A model generated the notes under the pieces. That model searched no databases, was not told the origin of the DNA, and saw nothing but the letters and a program-made list of their open reading frames with translations. A DNA stretch of 63,386 bases, the filler included. It is 8 parts of 8 records of this genome, joined end to end, with 100 filler letters (N's around TTAATTAATTAA, not from the genome) between each part and the next. Parts side by side here need not be neighbours in the genome. Positions count along the whole stretch, not along the records: positions 1 to 5,453 come from SRR31156797_43006; positions 5,554 to 10,712 come from SRR31156797_43008; 6 more parts are not named here. One strand, written 5' to 3'. Positions within the stretch are counted from its first letter, which is position 1; every line of letters starts with the position of its first letter. The position numbers and the translations under genes are program-made. This document shows, one piece after another, positions 1 through 9,602 of this stretch.

Positions 1-26
1 GGGCAATTCATCGGCTCATTTTAAAC

Positions 27-33
27 GTTATGC
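27..33 (+). mobile_element. Integron core site R' (GTTATGC), left boundary of a gene cassette; end of an upstream attC truncated by the window edge
   Basis: GTTATGC at 27-33 is the exact reverse complement of GCATAAC at 443-449, as expected for the two ends of one integrated cassette. Confidence 0.7.
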
Positions 34-57
34 TCAATGACAAAGGAGAAGTTTAGT

Positions 58-327
58 ATGCATTATGTAGTGGTACATCACTTTATTAAATCCAACATTA
101 CCGAGGAAATGATGGCTCCTCATGTTGAATATCTGAAGAAATTATTCGCCGCAGGAAAACTTGTTATAACAGGTCCTTTTCTCGATGAAAAAAGGGGAGG
201 ATTGTTTATCCTTGACGTAGAAAATGAGAACGAATTGCATGAAATAGTAGACAATGATCCAGCAATAATTAGTGGTATTTCAAAAAGAGAAATTAGACCA
301 TACAAAATTGTATTTCACAGAACATAG
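58..327 (+). CDS. YciI family protein (cassette cargo)
   Basis: HxEYL...G.L.ITGPF.D..GG...NDP pattern typical of YciI; AGGAG upstream of the ATG at 58 (track start 37). Confidence 0.85.
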   Translation: MHYVVVHHFIKSNITEEMMAPHVEYLKKLFAAGKLVITGPFLDEKRGGLFILDVENENELHEIVDNDPAIISGISKREIRPYKIVFHRT

Positions 328-442
328 ACCTTGCTAAAGGAATTTGCTGACCAATTGTATCAGTCATGCGTGTTTTTGATGATGTTCTTGCATATTTTTC
401 ACGTATAATATTCGTACACGCTAACCGCCATGAGAGTCGCGC

Positions 443-503
443 GCATAACAAGTGCTTCAGCGCTATCGCTCGGGCATGGCGCCCGTTAAGCACAGCGTTA
501 TTT
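443..503 (+). mobile_element. attC recombination site (about 60 bp)
   Basis: GCATAAC-AAGTG-CTTCAGCG...CGTTAAG-CACAGC-GTTATTT has the R''/L''/L'/R' layout with an extra-helical base in L''; GC-rich in AT-rich DNA. Confidence 0.75.
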
Positions 504-551
504 TACAACATACTTAAACTTATATATTTTTAAAATATTGAAAAATTATTA

Positions 552-560
552 TGTTATAAT
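552..560 (+). promoter_or_regulatory. Extended -10 promoter element (TGTTATAAT) for the MNT-HEPN operon
   Basis: TGnTATAAT about 25 nt upstream of the ATG at 584, with an AGGAGG RBS between them. Confidence 0.45.
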
Positions 561-583
561 ATTCTAAATAACAAGGAGGGTAA

Positions 584-871
584 ATGACAAAAGAAAATAT
601 TCTAGAATTTCTAAAAACTCATAAAGATGAACTACAAAACAACTTTGCCCTTACAAAAATAGGTCTATTTGGTAGCTATACAAAAGATATTGCTAATGAA
701 GATAGCGATATTGATATTGTTATCCAAACAGAAAAAAAAGACTTTTTTTTAAGAGAAGATTTAAAAGAATATCTGGAGTCAAATCTCAATAAAAGTGTTG
801 ATATTGGATACCTAGATTCTATCCGTACTTTTTACAAAAATAAAATAGAAAAAGATATCATTTATGTCTAA
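584..871 (+). CDS. Minimal nucleotidyltransferase, MntA-type antitoxin
   Basis: GLFGSY-x10-DSDID motif, 95 aa; its stop overlaps the ATG of the downstream HEPN gene. Confidence 0.9.
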   Translation: MTKENILEFLKTHKDELQNNFALTKIGLFGSYTKDIANEDSDIDIVIQTEKKDFFLREDLKEYLESNLNKSVDIGYLDSIRTFYKNKIEKDIIYV

Positions 872-1257
872 GACTTGCAACTTTTTATAGTTGATATCTT
901 AGTAGCTATCCAAATGATTTCCAACATAGTAGTTTACATTGGGATGCGACAATTAGACAACTTGAAATTATAGGAGAAGCACTTAATAAACTTCTTGAAG
1001 ATAAACAATTTAATTCACTATCACCTGATTATTTTAGAAAAGTCGTGAACTTTCGAAACACAATAGTTCATGGGTATTTTGGTATTGATGTAGATGAAGT
1101 ATGGAATATTATCTCTTATAATTTAGATACTTTGGAACAAGATATCCTTTTAATTGTTAAAAATAATATTGATATCACTCAAGCCATAGAGTGTGAAATA
1201 GAAGAATATAAGAAGCTAAATGATACAGTTATTATAAAATACCTTATGACTCTGTAG
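864..1257 (+). pseudogene. HepT/DUF86 HEPN RNase toxin, disrupted
   Basis: The ATG at 864 reaches a TAG after 8 codons; DLQLFIVDILVAIQMI is in a second frame; WDATIRQLEIIGEA...FRNTIVHGYFGID (RX4HXY) follows after another frame change. Confidence 0.8.
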
Positions 1258-1912
1258 CTTTCTTATTCTGCTTCAACCACTTCTTAAAACTAATAAACTC
1301 TTCAAGCTCTTTAGCTTCAACTCCAACAACATCTTTAATACTCTTCACACCCATAGATAAAAGATACTGTAGATTATCATCAAAAGTAGCTTCTTCTATT
1401 ACAAAGATATCATTTTTATGTACTTCAAACATATACCCACCATTTGGGATAGGAGTTTGTGAGAGGGTTACTGTGTAGTGATCTTTGATGATCGATTCAC
1501 TTTGGGAATACATAAGCCCTATATTATAGCCTTGATTTGCAAATCCTCTTATAGCTACTACTAAAACTTTGGTTTCCCCTTTTTTTGAAGAGTTAAATAT
1601 CCCTATGATATCTTTAACCGTAGAATATCCTGGGATCTTTTCAAAAAGCTTTTCTGTAAAGTTTGCAAGTCTTGTTTCCATAATATGACCTACAAAATAT
1701 AAAACTATTATAAGTGCAACTAAAACAAGCAAAAACCATAAAAAGTGATTTTGTTGTGGCTCAAAACCTATAAAAGAGAAGATACCATTTACGATCACAT
1801 CTACTTTATCATAGAGCCAAAATATGATCATTGCAACTACAGCAATTGGTAGGATTCCAAAGAAACCTTGAACTACTAGTTCAAAAAAATGTTTTAGTTT
1901 GTCGTTGTCCAT
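1244..1912 (-). CDS. DUF502 family membrane protein
   Basis: Two N-terminal TM segments, KIPGYSTVK and TPIPNGGY motifs, C-terminal LSMG. Confidence 0.8.
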   Translation of the reverse strand: MDNDKLKHFFELVVQGFFGILPIAVVAMIIFWLYDKVDVIVNGIFSFIGFEPQQNHFLWFLLVLVALIIVLYFVGHIMETRLANFTEKLFEKIPGYSTVKDIIGIFNSSKKGETKVLVVAIRGFANQGYNIGLMYSQSESIIKDHYTVTLSQTPIPNGGYMFEVHKNDIFVIEEATFDDNLQYLLSMGVKSIKDVVGVEAKELEEFISFKKWLKQNKKATES

Positions 1913-1921
1913 ATGGTTCCT

Positions 1922-3742
1922 TTATTTTGACAGGTCGAGTTCAACCTTTGTTGCTAGTTGTTTAGGGAGTAAGCCTAGGTCTTCTTCTAAAAGTTTTGTA
2001 TCTCCGTGTTGTACATAGAGATCAGGATATTCAAAAGATTTGAGTTTTATCTCTAGATCAGCATCATTAATAAACTCTAAAAGAGCACTTCCTACTCCAC
2101 CTTGTTTTTGTGAGTCACTAAAGATATACCATTTTTGGGTATTTTTTGAAAGTTCTTCTAAAAGTTCATGATCTAGCGGTTTTACAAATCGAAGATCTAC
2201 AATTGTAATATCTTCATTTAAACATTCAGCACTCTGTATCGCTTTACTTACTCCTGCGCCATACCCTATAAAGGCAATATCGCTTGTGCCTTTTTTTAAT
2301 ATCTCTGCTTTTCCATATTTAAAAGGTGTTGGTTCATATTCAAGTTCTGCAAATGCTCCTCTTGGATAACGAATGGCACATGGTCCTGTATTAAAATCTT
2401 TGGCAAACTCTAGTCCGTATTCTAAGGTTTTTGCATCTCTTGGAGCAAAAAGGGTCATATTTGGTAAAAATCGTAGATAACTTATATCAAACTGCCCTTG
2501 ATGTGTTTCCCCATCTGCTCCTACAATTCCTGCTCTATCAATTGCAAAAGTAACTGGTAAACTCATCAAACATACATCATGGATGATTTGATCAAAGCCT
2601 CTTTGTAAAAATGTAGAATAGATAGTAATAAAAGGCGTAAACCCCTCTTTTGCCATCGCTGCCATGGAGGTTACTGCGTGTTGCTCTGCAATCGCTACAT
2701 CCCAAAACCTCTCAGGAAAATCTCTCATAAGAAGATCGATCCCCGTTCCACTTGGCATAGCAGCAGTTACTCCTACTATTTTTTCATCTTCAGATGCTAG
2801 TTTATGTAAGGCTTCACTAAAAACTTGGGTTGCACTTTTTGCTCCAGCTTTTTTTACAAATTCACCAGACTCTACACAAAAAGGCCCTACACCATGCCAG
2901 TGTTCATGTTGCCCTTCAGCTACTTTATACCCTTTTCCTTTTACAGTTCTTGCATGAACAATCACAGGTTTTCGCATCTTTTTAGCTACTTCAAGAGTAT
3001 CTATTACCTCTTCAATGTCATGTCCATCTATTGGGCCTATATAATCTATCCCCATCTCTTCAAACATAATGCCTGGAGTGATAAGTTTTAAAGACTCCTC
3101 CATTCTTTTAGCTATATACGTTGCACCATCTGGCATATTTTTTTTAATAAATCGATCAACTTTCTCTTTAATACCTTGATATGTCTTTCCTGCAAGAGCT
3201 TTGCTTAGGTGCTTTGATATTGCACCAATTGGTTTGGCTATAGACATCTCATTGTCATTTAAAATAATTACAACAGGAAGTTTAATATCTCCTAGTTCAT
3301 TTAAAGCTTCATATACCATCCCAGCAGTCATAGAACCATCACCAATCATCACTACAGGGGTTTTATCTTCCCCTTGAAGTTTTGCTGCTTTTCCAGCTCC
3401 TACTGCTAAAGAGATCGAAGTAGATGAGTGACCTGCTACAAAAAAATCTGCATCACTCTCTTTTGGTTTGGTAAATCCGCTGATCCCTTTAAACTGACGA
3501 AGGGTTTCAAACTCATCCCATCGTCCTGTGATAAGTTTGTGAGGATAACACTGGTGAGATACATCAAAGATAAATGGATCATATTCTACATCAAAAACTT
3601 TATGCATCCCAAGAGTAAGTTCCACTGCTCCTAGGGTTGAACTAAAGTGACCACCATTTTTGGAGACCACTTCAATGATTCTTTGTCTTATATCCTCTGC
3701 TGTTTGTTCTAACTCTTTGATGCTTTTATTTTTTATATCCAT
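1922..3742 (-). CDS. dxs: 1-deoxy-D-xylulose-5-phosphate synthase
   Basis: GGHFSSTLG, DVSHQCYPHK, GDG...NDNEMSI, IAEQH and DRAGIVGADGETHQG motifs; start placed at MDIKNK. Confidence 0.97.
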   Translation of the reverse strand: MDIKNKSIKELEQTAEDIRQRIIEVVSKNGGHFSSTLGAVELTLGMHKVFDVEYDPFIFDVSHQCYPHKLITGRWDEFETLRQFKGISGFTKPKESDADFFVAGHSSTSISLAVGAGKAAKLQGEDKTPVVMIGDGSMTAGMVYEALNELGDIKLPVVIILNDNEMSIAKPIGAISKHLSKALAGKTYQGIKEKVDRFIKKNMPDGATYIAKRMEESLKLITPGIMFEEMGIDYIGPIDGHDIEEVIDTLEVAKKMRKPVIVHARTVKGKGYKVAEGQHEHWHGVGPFCVESGEFVKKAGAKSATQVFSEALHKLASEDEKIVGVTAAMPSGTGIDLLMRDFPERFWDVAIAEQHAVTSMAAMAKEGFTPFITIYSTFLQRGFDQIIHDVCLMSLPVTFAIDRAGIVGADGETHQGQFDISYLRFLPNMTLFAPRDAKTLEYGLEFAKDFNTGPCAIRYPRGAFAELEYEPTPFKYGKAEILKKGTSDIAFIGYGAGVSKAIQSAECLNEDITIVDLRFVKPLDHELLEELSKNTQKWYIFSDSQKQGGVGSALLEFINDADLEIKLKSFEYPDLYVQHGDTKLLEEDLGLLPKQLATKVELDLSK

Positions 3743-3753
3743 ATTTTTACCAT

Positions 3754-4203
3754 TTACCTTAATAGATCCACTTCCCAAAAAAACTCGATCCATGCATTTG
3801 CTTCTTTTACACTAAAATCTGGGTGAATGAGTGCAGTTGTTTTATAAAAGATCGTTGCTATTTTAAATTCACAATGGGGAAACTTTTGATGTAAGATTTT
3901 TAATATCTCCACCATACTCTCACCACTATCTACAATATCATCAATTAAAACTACTTTATGGATCCTACTTAGATCAGGAATATTAAAGATATCAAAAGTT
4001 TCAAGCTTTTTTGTTCCATCATAATGAATAGAATTTAAAGTGTATATTTCCCTTGTTTCTAATCCTTCACTTAAAAGATGTCCAAGAGCTAAACCACCTC
4101 TTGCAATTGCTATCAAAGCATCTGGCTGATACTCTTTAATTTGAGGGATTAAAACCTTACAATCTTTTATACAATCCTCATAGCTATAATACAACTTTTC
4201 CAT
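3754..4203 (-). CDS. Type I phosphoribosyltransferase (purine salvage-like)
   Basis: IARGG and VVLIDDIVDSGES PRPP-binding motif; next to an NCS2 permease. Confidence 0.9.
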   Translation of the reverse strand: MEKLYYSYEDCIKDCKVLIPQIKEYQPDALIAIARGGLALGHLLSEGLETREIYTLNSIHYDGTKKLETFDIFNIPDLSRIHKVVLIDDIVDSGESMVEILKILHQKFPHCEFKIATIFYKTTALIHPDFSVKEANAWIEFFWEVDLLR

Positions 4204-4211
4204 CTTTCCCC

Positions 4212-5453
4212 TTAGTGTAAAACAAATACCAATAAAGAGATCAAGGTGATGACGATAAGTCCAAGATTAATATCTTCAAATTCTCTTTTTAATAGTTTTA
4301 ATAATGTATAGACGATAAACCCTGCTGCAAATCCATTGGTAATAGAATATGTTAGTGGCATTAAAATAATAATTAAAAAACTTGCACTAAGTACAGCTAT
4401 ATCATTATTTTTAAAATTGATATTTCCAAGTTCTGTAAACATCAAAATTCCAACTACCACTAAAACTGGATAGATAGCATTTGCAGGGATTGATTTAAAT
4501 AATGGAAGCATAAAAAGTGTAAGAATAAAAAACAGACCTGTAAAGATTGCGCTAAGTCCTGTTCGTCCACCCTCTTCAACTCCACTGGCACTTTCTATAA
4601 ATGAAGTGGTTGTAGAGACTCCAAGTAAACTTCCACCAACAGTAGCAACTGCGTCTGCTTCTAAAGTTTTCTCGAGTGCTTTATCCTCTTTATCATTTGT
4701 TTGGAAAAGATTTGCTCTTGTTCCTACTCCTGTGAGTGTTCCTAAAGTATCAAACATATCTGTTACTAAAAAAGTGATAATCACGGGAAGAAGAGCTAAA
4801 CTTAAGGCACTTACAATATCAAGTTCAAAGAAGATTGGAGCGATAGAATCTGGCATCCCAACTATCCCTTTTGGAAGCTCTCCAATTCCAAAGATCCATC
4901 CAATGATCGCTGTAATTAAAATAGCAATAATAAAAGCTCCTTTTACTCTAAATGTAAATAAAGCTAGAGTAATAAAAAGTCCAGAGATCCCAAGTAAAAC
5001 ATTTGGCTCACTTAAATTTCCAAGAGTCACTAAAGTAGCTTTACTATCACTAATCACTCCCATTTGATTTAATCCAATAAAGGCAATAAAAGCTCCAATA
5101 CCAGCACTAATAGCCCGCCGTAGATCAACGGGAATTGAGGTCATCAGCCACACTCTAAACTGGGTAAAAGAGAGTATCACAAAGATAATACCACTTAAAA
5201 ATACTATCCCTAAAGCTGTCTGCCAAGCAATCCCCATCCCAAGAACTAGTCCGTAGGAGAAATACGCGTTTAATCCCATCCCCACACTCATAGCAATTGG
5301 TGTATTTGACCAAAGACCATTAAAAATAGTCGCTAAGATCGTGATAAGTGCTGTTGCTGTGATCACAGCTCCCATAGGAAGTCCAGCATCGCTTAAGATA
5401 AAGCCATTTACTGGAACAATGTACATCATTGTTAAAAATGTTGTAAATCCAGC
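4212..5453 (-). CDS. NCS2/AzgA family purine permease (5' truncated)
   Basis: GMGLNAYF, DMFDTLGTL and ESASGVEEGGRTGL motifs; many TM helices; ORF runs into the spacer. Confidence 0.92.
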   Translation of the reverse strand, partial: AGFTTFLTMMYIVPVNGFILSDAGLPMGAVITATALITILATIFNGLWSNTPIAMSVGMGLNAYFSYGLVLGMGIAWQTALGIVFLSGIIFVILSFTQFRVWLMTSIPVDLRRAISAGIGAFIAFIGLNQMGVISDSKATLVTLGNLSEPNVLLGISGLFITLALFTFRVKGAFIIAILITAIIGWIFGIGELPKGIVGMPDSIAPIFFELDIVSALSLALLPVIITFLVTDMFDTLGTLTGVGTRANLFQTNDKEDKALEKTLEADAVATVGGSLLGVSTTTSFIESASGVEEGGRTGLSAIFTGLFFILTLFMLPLFKSIPANAIYPVLVVVGILMFTELGNINFKNNDIAVLSASFLIIILMPLTYSITNGFAAGFIVYTLLKLLKREFEDINLGLIVITLISLLVFVLH

Positions 5454-5553
5454 NNNNNNNNNNNNNNNNNNNNNNNNNNNNNNNNNNNNNNNNNNNNTTA
5501 ATTAATTAANNNNNNNNNNNNNNNNNNNNNNNNNNNNNNNNNNNNNNNNNNNN
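5454..5553. other. Artificial contig spacer (N-run with TTAATTAATTAA)
   Basis: 100-nt N block with a central all-frame-stop linker. Confidence 0.98.
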
Positions 5554-6409
5554 AAGCCCTGTGTTTAACCCCATTTATGCCCCTTTTTTACTTGACGTTA
5601 TATACGGCAAGCTGGATAACCCGCATATCGTTGCAGAACGCGCAAAAACAGTAGATGTCCCGTATTACGGAAGCTTCAATGTGTATAGAATTACTTTTGA
5701 AGATAATGCCATCGTATTAATGGGCCGAGTTGCGGGCGAGCTGAGCGATGCTCTTTTAAACAGTAAAATCGTTGCCAGGAATTATGAGCTGACCATTCTT
5801 AATATTTACAGCGATGAAGCTTCAATAGAAGCATTGTCCGAACAGCAACTTAACCGTATTCGGCCCATACTCGAAAAATATGCGGCCTATTGCGGGGTGA
5901 GCGCTGCGTTTTCATCTTTGCGAGATTTAAAAACGGCTACCATACAAGCTACAAGGGCTCAAAGAATAGGGAAAAAGCTCTGGGATGCCGGCGATTACTG
6001 GGATGTAAACCACTTCTTTTCAGAGACCCAAAAATCACGTTATGATGATACGGTGTATTTATACGACAAATATTTCCCGTATTACATGATTCATGTTGCA
6101 AAAGAAAATAGCTTTGACGTTTTCCATAATACACAATACTGTCGTATGTTGGAGCAACTAAAAGAAATAGACAGGGATAACAACTGCAACCTTGTTCAGA
6201 TACTGTATTGCCATTTGATTTGCGAAAGACGTGCCACAAACACTGGAAAACTTATGCACATGCATCGCAACAATGTCTTATATCATATAGCCAGGATAGA
6301 GGAAATGTTGTCAATCGATTTGGATGATTATATGACGCGTTACAGTCTTATTACAGCTTTTCTGTTAGCGGAATTACAGGAAGCAAACCGCGGGGAACTG
6401 GAAAAATAA
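5554..6409 (+). CDS. PucR/CdaR family transcriptional regulator (5' truncated)
   Basis: C-terminal HTH TGKLMHMHRNNVLYHIARIEEML. Confidence 0.88.
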
Positions 6410-6454
6410 GTTGAATGCTTCAGCGTTGTACATTATGATAAGGCCTTATACGTT

Positions 6455-6496
6455 ATAAAAAACTCTTCACAGCCAAGGCTGTGGAGAGTTTTTTAT
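6455..6496. terminator. Bidirectional intrinsic terminator
   Basis: ATAAAAAACTCTTCACAGCC-AA-GGCTGTGGAGAGTTTTTTAT inverted repeat between convergent genes. Confidence 0.85.
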
Positions 6497-6572
6497 TGTA
6501 GATTATTTGGTTTATCTTAAATCCATTTTCGTCTGGTAATTGAACAGCTGAAATAAATGAATCATCGTAGCG

Positions 6573-8108
6573 TCATTCTTCAAAAAGCAGTTTAAGTGAT
6601 ATGTTGAGATATAAAACTTCATCTGCGTTTTTAAAGTCAATGCCGGTCAATTCCTTAATTCTTTCGAGCCTGTAAAGGATTGTCGATCTGTGAATAAAAA
6701 GATCGCCTGCTGTTTTGATAGCATTCATTTGATTGTCTAAATATTTGCGCAGAGTAGGCAGGAGCTCCGCTTGATTTTCACGATCATAGTTATATAAGGT
6801 CAGAATTTCGGGCGCGCACAGATATCGGCCGCCGATATCCTCGGTTAGCTTATATTTCATATAGGACATCGTGATGAAGGAAAACTTATGGTACCAGATC
6901 GACGGCGATTGGGTAAGGCCAATTTTCAAGGCAATTTTTGCCTGAAAATAATAGTGTTTTAAATCCGCCAAATTATTAAACAGGTTGCTATAGCCGATTC
7001 GAAAATAACCGTCTCTGAAGGTTTCAATATTGGTTGCCGTGAATTGCTCCAGTGAATCGTTATAATCCTTTAGATTAATAAGGCTTACAATAGCGTCCTC
7101 ATATTCGAAGAAGCAGCTCCCCTTGATATCACGGTTGTATATCTGACAAAAGTAAGCAATTGTACGATTGTAGTAATCTCGTTCACTGGGTAGGATCTTG
7201 GCACATACGAACGCCCCCGGGTGATCCCAGCCGTGCTGCAAAAAGCTTCTTTCAAGCCGTTCTTCCTCAATGAGCTCGCCGTTTAAAAGGTCAACACATA
7301 TATCAATCAAGTGGTCTCCAGGCAGTATAGTGCTGCCAACTGACGATAAGTCATAAACCAGCTGAATAAAACTTGTGAAAAAATTCAACAACCCGGATTC
7401 GTATCCCCGAAAGGTATTACAGTCTTCAGCTATAATAACACGGCAGACATACTCTCCCTGTCGGAAAACATTCATATCGATAGCCCGGCAAACAAAAATA
7501 CTGGATTCATAAATGAAGGGTTCTTTTAGATCCCGTACCTGTGCGAAAATCGGATCATTTTTAAAAAATGTCATGACTTCAGCCGGAAGAGTCCCGTCAA
7601 CGTCCGGTTGTTTTAAGCCGGATATCTCATTCAAATGTATCGTTTTATTGGAGTGGCCTATCATCCTGAAGTCATCATTGCACACCAGGAGCTCATTGCC
7701 GTTTAAATAGGGCGCCATTTGGTCAACCATATACTGGATGCTGCGGCCTTTGTTGACTGAGTCCTGGAGCTTTTGCTCTAATACATTATATTCAAAGAAA
7801 ATCCGTCCAACGTTATTTACAAGATCCAGTAATTCTGTTGAATCTTTCAAAACGATCAAATGCATTGAAGATTTTTTGTAAATCTCCGCCGGCATCCCTA
7901 TGCAAATTAAAGCTGCGCCATCCTGCGATGAATATGTAGTGGGTAAATCATCAGCTTGCGCTAGATATAGTACACAAGCGTTGAAATTATTCCCGCTGCG
8001 ATATACCTCGTATCGTTCCAACACAAATGGATTATCCTTGTTAATGTAATTTTTAAAAAGGATATCTTGCTCAAGCGCATCTTCTATCATGCCGATGCAC
8101 AGGATCAT
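6573..8108 (-). CDS. PucR/CdaR family transcriptional regulator
   Basis: C-terminal TAGDLFIHRSTILYRLERIKELTG HTH; GGAGG RBS. Confidence 0.9.
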   Translation of the reverse strand: MILCIGMIEDALEQDILFKNYINKDNPFVLERYEVYRSGNNFNACVLYLAQADDLPTTYSSQDGAALICIGMPAEIYKKSSMHLIVLKDSTELLDLVNNVGRIFFEYNVLEQKLQDSVNKGRSIQYMVDQMAPYLNGNELLVCNDDFRMIGHSNKTIHLNEISGLKQPDVDGTLPAEVMTFFKNDPIFAQVRDLKEPFIYESSIFVCRAIDMNVFRQGEYVCRVIIAEDCNTFRGYESGLLNFFTSFIQLVYDLSSVGSTILPGDHLIDICVDLLNGELIEEERLERSFLQHGWDHPGAFVCAKILPSERDYYNRTIAYFCQIYNRDIKGSCFFEYEDAIVSLINLKDYNDSLEQFTATNIETFRDGYFRIGYSNLFNNLADLKHYYFQAKIALKIGLTQSPSIWYHKFSFITMSYMKYKLTEDIGGRYLCAPEILTLYNYDRENQAELLPTLRKYLDNQMNAIKTAGDLFIHRSTILYRLERIKELTGIDFKNADEVLYLNISLKLLFEE

Positions 8109-8242
8109 TTAAACACCTCCATTTTTTGTACCCATACACATTGTACTAAAGAAGACGGAAATTATCAATACGACTGTTCTATTTACTAGTTTGCAAGTAT
8201 CCGTTTATAATTTAAATACTGTTTTAGTTGGGAGGCCCAGTT

Positions 8243-9499
8243 GTGGAAAAAAATGCTGCGATTACAAAAGAAGCTTTGAAGTTTGAAGAACGCCTCAGGC
8301 GCATGGAGGATGCAATTGCTCTCAGGGAGCCTGACAGAATACCCATTGCGCCATTTTTCAGTTCTGTCATTCAGCGCCTTTATAACTCTAGTTATAAAGA
8401 TCGATACTATGATTTTCCAAAAGCCGGCAATGCTTTTTTACAGTTCTATAAAGATTACCCCTTGTGCGACGCACATTATTGTACTGGCTTTACAAGCGGG
8501 CGGTCCAACGAATTGGCCGGCTCGACAATGATTGATTGGCCGGGCAGGCCGGGGACGGTTGTATCGGATTACAGCTCGCATCAGGTGCTCGAGCACGAAT
8601 ACCTGCTTCCTGAGGAATACCCGGAGCTGCTGAATGACTTTACGGGATTCATGATACGCAAATATATACCCAGAGCCTATTCGAATTTTAAGTGTTTTGA
8701 AAATATTAATTTTACGCCGACGGTCGTTCTGAGCACCGGCTTGTTGTCACCGCTATATAACCCCGAAGTGCTTCAGGCGTTTAATGTGTTGTCACAAATC
8801 GGCAAATTGGATGCCGAAGCCACAGCGGCACTGCTGGAGTATTCGGGCAAATTGACGGCTATCGGAATGCCGGCGATGATCTGCGGCGTTTCGGAGGTCC
8901 CTTATGATATATTGGGTGATTTCTTCCGGGGAACCGTCGGTATCATGGAAGATCTGTTGGAATACGAGGACTATATCGAAGCCGCGTGCGAAATGTTTGC
9001 TGACCAACAGATTGCGGCCTTACAGTATTTGCGCACGGCGCCCATACCGGTAAAACGAATCATGTTCCCAATGCATAAGGGTATGGATGGCTTTATGAGT
9101 CCGACCCAATATGAAAAGCTCTACTGGAAGCCATTTAAGAAAGTCATTGAAGCGCTTATCGATATGGGGGTGACGCCTTATTTGTATACCGAAGGCCATT
9201 ATGACAGTCGGCTTGAGCAGCTGGCGGACGTCCCGAAGGGTAAGGTTCTCTATCACTTCGAATCCGTTAACATGAAAGAAGCAAAAAGAATCCTCGGCAA
9301 TACGGCCTGTATAATGGGTAATTTGCCAATTGCTATGTTGGAGTTTGGGAAAAAGGATCAGGTTATTGACACCTGCAAGGAATTAATTGATACCTGTGCG
9401 TCCGGTGGTGGTTATATTTTCGACCTGAGCGGTTCCCTCGAAAACACAAAGCTGGAAAATCTGGAGGCCATGTTCAATACTCTTGAGACCTATAGATAA
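8243..9499 (+). CDS. Uroporphyrinogen decarboxylase (URO-D/MtaA-CmuA) family protein
   Basis: EPDRIPIAP at the N-terminus, FMSPTQYEKLYWK, C-terminal GGGYIF; GTG start after GGAGG. Confidence 0.85.
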   Translation: MEKNAAITKEALKFEERLRRMEDAIALREPDRIPIAPFFSSVIQRLYNSSYKDRYYDFPKAGNAFLQFYKDYPLCDAHYCTGFTSGRSNELAGSTMIDWPGRPGTVVSDYSSHQVLEHEYLLPEEYPELLNDFTGFMIRKYIPRAYSNFKCFENINFTPTVVLSTGLLSPLYNPEVLQAFNVLSQIGKLDAEATAALLEYSGKLTAIGMPAMICGVSEVPYDILGDFFRGTVGIMEDLLEYEDYIEAACEMFADQQIAALQYLRTAPIPVKRIMFPMHKGMDGFMSPTQYEKLYWKPFKKVIEALIDMGVTPYLYTEGHYDSRLEQLADVPKGKVLYHFESVNMKEAKRILGNTACIMGNLPIAMLEFGKKDQVIDTCKELIDTCASGGGYIFDLSGSLENTKLENLEAMFNTLETYR

Positions 9500-9602
9500 T
9501 TTTATGTTGTAGGAAGGAGAAATTTATAAGAGTTGGTTAATCCGTTTATGTTACGGGTTGATAAATAAAGATATAAACCAATAAATTTTAGGAGGTACGA
9601 AA

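Noticed and set aside
566-572. AAATAAC, complementary to the attC core GTTATTT, as a second cassette end
   Set aside because: No L boxes or R' site follow it, it runs into the MNT RBS, and such a match is likely by chance in AT-rich DNA.
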